From contig NZ_CP065425.1 in NCBI RefSeq assembly GCF_016772275.1, forward strand, positions 1,680,653 through 1,704,652: a stretch of 24,000 nucleotides of DNA, written 5' to 3'. Of the stretch, positions 18,316 through 24,000 are shown piece by piece. This DNA comes from Heyndrickxia vini (GTDB lineage: Bacteria > Bacillota > Bacilli > Bacillales > Bacillaceae_C). The notes beneath the pieces were generated by a model, which made no database searches, had not been told where the DNA came from, and saw nothing but the letters and a program-made list of their open reading frames with translations. The number at the start of each line of letters is the position of its first letter. Position 1 is the first letter of the stretch. The position numbers and the translations under genes were made by a program.

Positions 18316-18385
18316 AAAGTATGTGGGATATGTCAGTGTTATTTTTAACGAAACTGTCAGTGTAACTTTGTAAAGGTGGATGAGG

Positions 18386-18835
18386 ATGAATAAAGGACAA
18401 AGGCTCATTAGAATTAGGGAAATTATCGCAAATTTTGACATTGAAACACAAGATGAACTTGTTGATCATTTGAAAAATGCCGGTTTCAATGTTACACAGG
18501 CAACGATTTCCCGTGATATAAAGGAATTACATTTAGTAAAGGTACCTTTAATGGATGGCAGATATAAATATAGTTTGCCGGCAGATCAGCGTTTTAACCC
18601 GATGCAAAAATTAAAAAGAACCTTAACCGATGCTTTTATTAGCATAGATTTTGCTGGCCATTTAATTGTTTTAAAAACATTACCGGGTAATGCCCATGCA
18701 TTAGGTGCATTAATTGATATCCTTGAATGGGAAGAAATTATTGGTACTCTATGTGGGGATGATACGTGCTTAATCATATGTAAAGATCAAGAAAAATCGG
18801 AAATGGTCTCTCAACGTTTTTTGGATATGTTATAA
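18386..18835 (+). CDS. argR: Arginine repressor
   Basis: [54 protein letters not shown] is close to remembered B. subtilis AhrC, which begins MNKGQR. AAAGGTGG (18372-79) lies 6 nt before the ATG at 18386, whereas the track start at 18380 abuts the SD. Confidence 0.95.
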   Translation: MNKGQRLIRIREIIANFDIETQDELVDHLKNAGFNVTQATISRDIKELHLVKVPLMDGRYKYSLPADQRFNPMQKLKRTLTDAFISIDFAGHLIVLKTLPGNAHALGALIDILEWEEIIGTLCGDDTCLIICKDQEKSEMVSQRFLDML

Positions 18836-18870
18836 AATAAAAGAAATAAGCGGATAGTAGAAAAAATGGG

Positions 18871-20595
18871 GTGAAGTTTTCATTGTTACAAGAATTATCG
18901 ATCAAAAATTTTGCCATCATTGATGAACTATATTTGTCTATAGAAAAAGGATTAACGGTGTTAACAGGAGAAACCGGTGCGGGAAAATCTATTATCATTG
19001 ATGCAGTTAATTTATTAGTTGGTGGAAGAGGATCATCAGAATTCGTTCGCCACGGTGAAAAAAAGGCAGAAATCGAAGGCCTTTTTATATTAAATGACGA
19101 ATCACATCCATGTTATAATCGAGCAAATGAATTTGGAATTGACATTGAAGAAGGAATGATTATCCTTCATCGTGATATTTCAATTACCGGAAAAAGCGTT
19201 TGCAGAATTAATGGGAAATTAGTAACCATTTCGATTTTACGTGAAATTGGTAGCACTCTAATTGATATACACGGTCAGCATGAACACCAAGAATTAATGA
19301 ATGAAACTCATCATTTAAGGCTTCTTGATCAATATGGAGGCAGGGAAATTAAGACTGCACTTGATAATTATCGTGTAATATACAAACAATATGAGCAAAT
19401 TGCTTCTAAGCTTAAAGGATTGAGTGAAAATGAACAGCAAATGGCTCACCGATTAGATCTTATTCAATTTCAACTGCAAGAAATCCAAAAAGCAAATCTT
19501 CAAATAGACGAAGACATCATCCTCATGGAAGAAAAGAAAAAATTAATGAATTTTGAACGGCTTTTCGATTCATTAAAAACAAGTTACGGCGCATTACAAG
19601 GCGAACAAAAGGGGCTTGATTGGATAGGTCTCGTTATGAGTCAGTTAGAAACGACTGCCGAAATTGAGCCGGATTATGAGCCATTATTAGAATCCGTTTC
19701 AAATTGTTTTTATATACTTGAAGATGCGGCAAGTACAATCCGCAATGATTTAGATAGTTTAGAGTTTAACCCTGAACGTTTAAATGAAATTGAAAGCCGC
19801 CTTAACGAAATGAACCAATTAAAAAGAAAATATGGCGGCACACTGCAAGATATATTGGAATACAGTTCAAAGATCGAGGAAGAAATTGAAACGATTATTA
19901 ACCGTGAAAGCCATATTGATAAATTACAAATAACGTTAGCTCAACTTCAAAAAGATTTATATTTAGAAGCCAAACAATTAAGTGATTTAAGAAAAAAATG
20001 GTCTAAAAAATTAATGAATGCAATTCATAGTGAATTAAAGCAATTATATATGGATAAAACAGTATTTGAAGTGAAATTCATTCATTCTGTTGAGGAATAT
20101 AAAAATGAAATGGACCCTCCATTTCGAAAAGATGGGTTGGATTTCGTTGAATTTTATATATCAACCAACCCTGGTGAACCTTTAAAACCATTAAATAAAG
20201 TTGCTTCCGGTGGTGAATTATCGAGAATGATGCTTGCGCTGAAAACGATTTTTTCAAAACATCAGGGCATTACTTCAATCATTTTCGATGAGGTAGATAC
20301 AGGTGTAAGCGGCCGAGTTGCTCAAGCAATTGGTGAAAAGATATATCAAGTTTCTGAGCATTCGCAAGTCCTATGTATTTCCCATCTACCACAAGTTGCA
20401 GCTATGGCAGATACACATTTGTTTATCATGAAAGAAACCATTGATGGACGAACACGGACAAAGGTGAAAACTTTGAAATTGGAAGAAAAAATTAATGAAG
20501 TTAGTCGCATGATTGCAGGTGTCGAAATAACCGATAAAGCTTTAGAACACGCTCAAGAATTGTTGCAACTTGCCTATGCAAAAAAATTTACTTGA
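18871..20595 (+). CDS. recN: DNA repair protein RecN
   Basis: A 574-aa SMC-like protein with Walker A LTGETGAGKSIIIDA, a long coiled coil, the signature SGGELSR and Walker B IIFDEVDTG. The start may be the GTG at 18871 or the TTG at 18883; the latter would give MLQELSIKNF, resembling B. subtilis MLAELSIKNF. Confidence 0.94.
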   Translation: MKFSLLQELSIKNFAIIDELYLSIEKGLTVLTGETGAGKSIIIDAVNLLVGGRGSSEFVRHGEKKAEIEGLFILNDESHPCYNRANEFGIDIEEGMIILHRDISITGKSVCRINGKLVTISILREIGSTLIDIHGQHEHQELMNETHHLRLLDQYGGREIKTALDNYRVIYKQYEQIASKLKGLSENEQQMAHRLDLIQFQLQEIQKANLQIDEDIILMEEKKKLMNFERLFDSLKTSYGALQGEQKGLDWIGLVMSQLETTAEIEPDYEPLLESVSNCFYILEDAASTIRNDLDSLEFNPERLNEIESRLNEMNQLKRKYGGTLQDILEYSSKIEEEIETIINRESHIDKLQITLAQLQKDLYLEAKQLSDLRKKWSKKLMNAIHSELKQLYMDKTVFEVKFIHSVEEYKNEMDPPFRKDGLDFVEFYISTNPGEPLKPLNKVASGGELSRMMLALKTIFSKHQGITSIIFDEVDTGVSGRVAQAIGEKIYQVSEHSQVLCISHLPQVAAMADTHLFIMKETIDGRTRTKVKTLKLEEKINEVSRMIAGVEITDKALEHAQELLQLAYAKKFT

Positions 20596-20625
20596 AAAGC
20601 TATCCATCAATGGGTAGCTTTTTTC
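20595..20625 (+). terminator. Rho-independent terminator after recN
   Basis: AGCTATCCA (20598-20606) pairs with TGGGTAGCT (20611-19) with one G-U pair and a 4-nt loop, followed by T6. Confidence 0.8.
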
Positions 20626-20635
20626 TTAATCCCTT

Positions 20636-20666
20636 GTTATATTTCCACCTTATCAAGGCTAAATTA
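20636..20666 (+). promoter_or_regulatory. Candidate forespore (sigma-F/G type) promoter for spoIVB
   Basis: GTTATA (20636-41), a 15-nt spacer, then GGCTAAATTA (20657-66). The -10 fits the sigma-F pattern GGxxAxAxTA at the canonical 15-nt spacing, but the -35 is only a partial match to GCATA. Confidence 0.3.
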
Positions 20667-20740
20667 AAATTGTAACCAAAAAAAATAAAAAAGGTTATTC
20701 TTTTAAAACAGTGGACTAGAAGCGAGGAGAGTGAAAAGAT

Positions 20741-22030
20741 TTGAAATTGGATTATCTAAGAAAAATAATTGGTGGATTTCTCCTTGTTTCACTTTGTTTA
20801 TTAGGATTTTCAAAACCGTTTCAAAATTATCTTCATATACCAACAAAAATAACATTATTTGAAGGTGACGTTTTTAATATTGCGAAAGCTGCAAATGTAT
20901 CTGCTAAAGTAACATCTCATGGTGAAAGTGTTGATGTGTTTGCCCAAAAGAAATCCTTGGACATAAAAGGTAATTTAGCAGGACATGACGAAGTTTTTTT
21001 TGAATTAGCAGGACTGCCAATAAAAAAGGTAGATGTAAAAGTAATTAAGGATTTCAAAGTAATACCTGGTGGTCAATCAATTGGTGTTAAATTAAACACG
21101 CTTGGGGTATTAGTTGTAGGACATCATCTTGTTGAAACAAAATCAGGTAAGTTTTCTCCAGGGGAAAAGGCTGGAATTAAAGTTGGGGATATTATCACAC
21201 AAATTAATGGGGAAAAAGTAGAAAATTTATCAGATGTAGCTCCATTAGTAGAAAAAGCGGGCAAAGATGGAAGTGCATTAAATATCATCATCCAAAGAGA
21301 ACAGCAAGAAATAAAAACTTCCTTAAATCCACAAAAGGATCAATCAGAACAAACATATAAACTTGGCTTATATATAAGGGATTCGGCGGCTGGAATTGGA
21401 ACAATGACCTTTATAGATCCAAAATCAAAAAAATACGGAGCACTCGGTCATGTAATCTCTGATATGGACACAAAAAAAGCCATTATGGTTGAAAAAGGAC
21501 AAATATTAAATTCGACCGTTACCTCAATTGAAAAAGGCAGCGATGGAAAACCTGGAGAAAAGCTTGCACGATTTTCTTCGGACCATGAGGTAATTGGGAA
21601 TATTACGCGAAATAGTTCCTTTGGTATCTTTGGAAAGTTAGAGAAGCAAATAAAAAATGACCGATATGACCAACCAATGCCTATCGCATTATCCTATCAG
21701 GTAAAAGAAGGTCCAGCTAAAATTTTAACGGTCGTTGAAGGAAATAAAGTGGAAGAATATGATATTGAGGTCATTAATGCAATTCCTCAAAAGTTTCCTG
21801 CTACAAAAGGGATGATAATAAAAATTACGGATCCGAAATTATTGAAAAAAACAGGTGGAATTGTCCAAGGAATGAGTGGGAGCCCGATTATTCAAAATGG
21901 AAAAATCATAGGTGCGGTTACTCATGTCTTCGTAAATGATCCGACATCAGGATATGGTGTTCATATTGAATGGATGCTAAAAGAAGCAGGAATAAATATA
22001 TATCAAAGTAGTAAAGAAAAAGCAAGCTGA
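20741..22030 (+). CDS. spoIVB: SpoIVB peptidase (S55 serine peptidase with PDZ domain, sigma-K checkpoint signalling)
   Basis: A 429-aa ORF with a TTG start. [44 protein letters not shown] and [41 protein letters not shown] are near-identical to remembered B. subtilis SpoIVB. Confidence 0.96.
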   Translation: MKLDYLRKIIGGFLLVSLCLLGFSKPFQNYLHIPTKITLFEGDVFNIAKAANVSAKVTSHGESVDVFAQKKSLDIKGNLAGHDEVFFELAGLPIKKVDVKVIKDFKVIPGGQSIGVKLNTLGVLVVGHHLVETKSGKFSPGEKAGIKVGDIITQINGEKVENLSDVAPLVEKAGKDGSALNIIIQREQQEIKTSLNPQKDQSEQTYKLGLYIRDSAAGIGTMTFIDPKSKKYGALGHVISDMDTKKAIMVEKGQILNSTVTSIEKGSDGKPGEKLARFSSDHEVIGNITRNSSFGIFGKLEKQIKNDRYDQPMPIALSYQVKEGPAKILTVVEGNKVEEYDIEVINAIPQKFPATKGMIIKITDPKLLKKTGGIVQGMSGSPIIQNGKIIGAVTHVFVNDPTSGYGVHIEWMLKEAGINIYQSSKEKAS

Positions 22031-22060
22031 ATGAGAATATCTCTTCAGCTTGCTTTTTTG
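22021..22060 (+). terminator. Rho-independent terminator after spoIVB (overlaps the stop codon)
   Basis: AGCAAGCTGAATGAG (22021-35) pairs with CTCTTCAGCTTGCT (22041-54) with one bulged T, followed by T6. Confidence 0.82.
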
Positions 22061-22082
22061 CATTTTTAGTATTAGTGAAATA

Positions 22083-22091
22083 TGTTATGAT
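22083..22091 (+). promoter_or_regulatory. Candidate vegetative sigma-A promoter of spo0A (extended -10 TGtTATGAT)
   Basis: TGTTATGAT at 22083-22091 lies about 15 nt upstream of a 0A box. This is the arrangement expected for a Spo0A-repressed Pv-type promoter. Confidence 0.35.
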
Positions 22092-22105
22092 GAAAATAAA
22101 GATAA

Positions 22106-22112
22106 TTCGACA
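22106..22112 (-). promoter_or_regulatory. Spo0A binding site (0A box), perfect TGTCGAA on the minus strand
   Basis: Plus-strand TTCGACA at 22106-22112 is the reverse complement of the 0A-box consensus TGTCGAA. Confidence 0.5.
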
Positions 22113-22126
22113 AATAGATTTTGAAA

Positions 22127-22143
22127 AATCGAAAGAGGTCGAA
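22127..22143 (+). promoter_or_regulatory. Two degenerate 0A-box-like sites (AATCGAA, GGTCGAA) in tandem
   Basis: AATCGAA at 22127-33 and GGTCGAA at 22137-43 match TGTCGAA at 5/7 and 6/7 positions. Both are embedded in tandem TCGAAA(A)GAGG units. Confidence 0.35.
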
Positions 22144-22206
22144 AAGAGGAGAATTAAAGAGGAAATTAGAGAAAATATTGTTTTTTTAAGAAATTTTCAA
22201 TTATAA

Positions 22207-22235
22207 GGAGGAATTTAAAAGGCATTGTCGAAAAT
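22207..22235 (+). promoter_or_regulatory. Candidate sigma-H sporulation promoter of spo0A, overlapped by a perfect 0A box
   Basis: GGAGGAATT (22207-15) fits the -35 pattern RnAGGAwWW. An 11-nt spacer follows, then GTCGAAAAT (22227-35), which matches the -10 pattern RnnGAATww with one mismatch. A perfect TGTCGAA sits at 22226-22232. Confidence 0.35.
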
Positions 22236-22294
22236 GTCATAAGAGAATAAGATATGTAAAAAATCGTGGTTAGTAATTGAGGAGGAAACAGGGA

Positions 22295-23083
22295 GTGAAC
22301 AACAAAATTAAAGTTTGTATTGTGGACGACAATCGAGAGTTAGTAGGTTTATTAGAGGAGTTTATTTCTTCCCAAGATGATATGGAAATTAGCGGTGTTG
22401 CGTATAATGGGCAAGAGTGTTTAGAAATGTTACAAGATGCTTCACCAAATGTTTTAATATTGGATATTATTATGCCCCATCTAGATGGTTTAGGAGTCCT
22501 TGAAAAGTTAAGACTAAAAGGCGAAATGCCAAATGTAATAATGCTGACTGCCTTTGGACAAGAGGACGTTACGAAAAAGGCGGTTGAACTTGGAGCTTCT
22601 TATTTTATTTTAAAACCATTTGATATGGATAATCTTGCTAACCAAATCCGGCAAGTTAGCGGTAAGGCAAGTCCGATATTGAAAAAGGAAAACCATTCAT
22701 TTATTAGATCGAATCATGAAGAGAAACCAAAAAACTTAGATGCAAGTATTACAAGTATTATCCATGAAATTGGTGTGCCGGCACATATTAAAGGATATTT
22801 ATATTTAAGAGAAGCTATCTCTATGGTTTATAATGATATTGAGCTACTGGGATCAATTACTAAAGTATTATATCCGGATATCGCAAAAAAATATAATACG
22901 ACGGCAAGTCGTGTTGAGCGAGCAATCCGTCATGCGATTGAAGTTGCTTGGAGTCGCGGAAATATCGATTCTATCTCCTCGTTATTTGGTTATACAGTGA
23001 GCATGTCTAAAGCAAAGCCTACAAATAGTGAATTCATTGCGATGGTTGCTGATAAACTGCGTTTGGAACATAAAGCGTCCTAA
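22295..23083 (+). CDS. spo0A: Sporulation master regulator Spo0A (response regulator)
   Basis: The GTG at 22295 lies 9 nt after GGAGG (22281-85) and gives (M)[16 protein letters not shown], parallel to B. subtilis MEKIKVCVADDNRELV. The C-terminal DNA-binding domain ([49 protein letters not shown]...[17 protein letters not shown]) is essentially identical to B. subtilis. The track start at 22277 lies inside the SD. Confidence 0.97.
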   Translation: MNNKIKVCIVDDNRELVGLLEEFISSQDDMEISGVAYNGQECLEMLQDASPNVLILDIIMPHLDGLGVLEKLRLKGEMPNVIMLTAFGQEDVTKKAVELGASYFILKPFDMDNLANQIRQVSGKASPILKKENHSFIRSNHEEKPKNLDASITSIIHEIGVPAHIKGYLYLREAISMVYNDIELLGSITKVLYPDIAKKYNTTASRVERAIRHAIEVAWSRGNIDSISSLFGYTVSMSKAKPTNSEFIAMVADKLRLEHKAS

Positions 23084-23120
23084 TCATTTAAATTTTTTAT
23101 CTTAATGGACTTATATTTCG

Positions 23121-23163
23121 AAGGGTTCTAATGTTTTTTCACTTCATTAAGAACCCTTTTTTG
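23121..23163 (+). terminator. Rho-independent terminator after spo0A (shared convergent terminator region)
   Basis: AAGGGTTCTAATG (23121-33) pairs with CATTAAGAACCCTT (23145-58) with one bulge, followed by T6. The convergent minus-strand gene ends 8 nt further on. Confidence 0.82.
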
Positions 23164-23170
23164 TTGATTA

Positions 23171-23500
23171 TCATTTTCTTCTTATATCTATTAAATCGTG
23201 ATTTTTATATTTAATTTTTACTTTTTCCCCAATCGAATATTGTACATATGTGTCACAATCCATTTCTAGGATTTTTCCGTTATCAAATTCCATCAAGCAA
23301 GCTGCTTCCCCGCTTGGAGTTGAAATAACCGGTATACTTTTCTTAGTTTTAACACCTTTTGCTTTTCCTTTTGATTGTGGAGTGTAATATTTTTCAACAA
23401 TTACTACTTTTTTGTAGCTGTTTGAAGGGCGGGATAGTAAAAAGAAAAGTACGATCAATAATAGACATAGTACAACGACTTTTAACAGAACCTTCTTCAT
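23171..23500 (-). CDS. Hypothetical small membrane-anchored protein (N-terminal TM helix plus a roughly 80-aa soluble domain)
   Basis: An ORF of 109-110 aa reading M(M)KKVLLKVVVLCLLLIVLFFLLSRPSNSYKK.... AAGGAG (plus-strand 23507-12) lies 3 nt from the first ATG (23503) and 6 nt from the second (23500), so the second is favoured. I recognise no family. Confidence 0.6.
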   Translation of the reverse strand: MKKVLLKVVVLCLLLIVLFFLLSRPSNSYKKVVIVEKYYTPQSKGKAKGVKTKKSIPVISTPSGEAACLMEFDNGKILEMDCDTYVQYSIGEKVKIKYKNHDLIDIRRK

Positions 23501-23668
23501 CATGCACTCCTTATGACAAGTATTTAATTTATACTATGTATATTGATTGGAATGCGGAATATGCATGATCAATTAACAAGTTAAAGGTAAATTAAGCAAT
23601 CAAACCCCATTTTTTCTTCATATAGTGTATGAGACTAGAAATAAAAAATTAGTAAGGACGTGACAACA

Positions 23669-24000
23669 TGACCCTTATATTTGCACACCGTGGATCAGCA
23701 GGAACACATCCCGAAAATACGATGGAATCGTTTATTGCTGCTGAAAGGTCAGGTGCAGACGGAATTGAACTGGATGTTCATTTATCTAAAGATGGAGAGA
23801 TTGTCGTTATTCACGATGAAACGGTGGATCGTACTACTAACGGAAAAGGGTTTGTTCATCAATTGTCCATCGCGGAACTTAAAGAATTGAATGCAAGCTA
23901 TAAATTTAAAACCTTTCAGTCATTTATAAGAAGCCCCAAAATACCTACTTTAAAAGAAGTGTTTGAATGGATGAGAGGAAACGATCTTCAATGTAATATA
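23669..24000 (+). CDS. Glycerophosphodiester phosphodiesterase (GDPD family), N-terminal part only (runs off the right edge)
   Basis: My own translation from the ATG at 23669 (AAGGA 10 nt upstream) gives MTLIFAHRGSAGTHPENTMESFIAAERSGADGIELDVHLSKDGEIVVIHDETVDRTTNGKG..., with the GDPD catalytic motifs HRG, PENT, E-D-H and HD. It is not in the ORF track; the track's 23681..23890 ORF is in a different frame. B. subtilis has a GDPD gene (yqiK) near spo0A. Confidence 0.88.

Noticed and set aside
23573-23600. TTAACA followed by TAAA/TTAA-rich repeats upstream of the GDPD gene, considered as PhoP boxes
   Set aside because: Only the first hexamer matches TT(A/T/C)ACA, and the following repeats are not at the 11-bp periodicity required for PhoP dimer sites.
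23681-23890. ORF-track + strand ORF of 69 aa (MHTVDQQEH...)
   Set aside because: It is out of frame relative to the clear GDPD-family reading frame that starts at ATG 23669 with an SD and runs to the window edge.
1-24000. Window-wide look for CRISPR arrays, tRNA/rRNA, transposase or integrase genes, phage genes, toxin-antitoxin pairs, defence systems, riboswitches or T-boxes
   Set aside because: Every ORF of substantial length maps to a conserved housekeeping or sporulation gene in canonical order. No spaced direct-repeat arrays, tRNA-like cloverleaf sequences or recognisable riboswitch cores were seen in the intergenic regions.

Overview
This window is a conserved chromosomal core region of a low-GC, endospore-forming Bacillaceae genome. 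It is colinear, from my memory of the map, with the Bacillus subtilis yqhP-to-spo0A region. Almost all genes are on the + strand, in this order: (yqhP-like, yqhQ on the - strand), yqhR, aroQ, yqhT (Xaa-Pro peptidase), efp, the eight-gene spoIIIAA-AH sporulation channel operon, accB-accC, yqhY (Asp23 family), nusB, xseA-xseB-ispA-dxs-tlyA, argR-recN, spoIVB and spo0A. A small orphan membrane protein (- strand) and the 5' part of a glycerophosphodiester phosphodiesterase follow. Rho-independent terminators delimit the operons. I found no rRNA, tRNA, CRISPR array, transposase, integrase, phage, toxin-antitoxin or defence-like genes, and I do not see a convincing novel multi-gene system. Six observations merit follow-up. 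(1) A roughly 130-180 nt GC-rich, hairpin-dense, non-coding element lies between the yqhY terminator and nusB, and looks like a dispersed structured repeat or small RNA. (2) spoIIIAD has no ATG, GTG or TTG start for its conserved N-terminal helix and most plausibly initiates at ATT. (3) folD is absent from its usual nusB/xseA slot. (4) The spo0A control region carries 0A boxes and phased AAAGAGG repeats. (5) A perfect 9-bp direct repeat lies in the argR leader. (6) An ATG-TAA start-stop sits between the nusB Shine-Dalgarno (SD) sequence and its start codon. Several ORF-track starts are over-extended (aroQ, yqhY, spoIIIAF, spoIIIAH, argR, spo0A), and two edge-truncated genes are missing from the track. 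All homology statements rest on recognition of protein motifs and remembered B. subtilis sequences, not on a database search.
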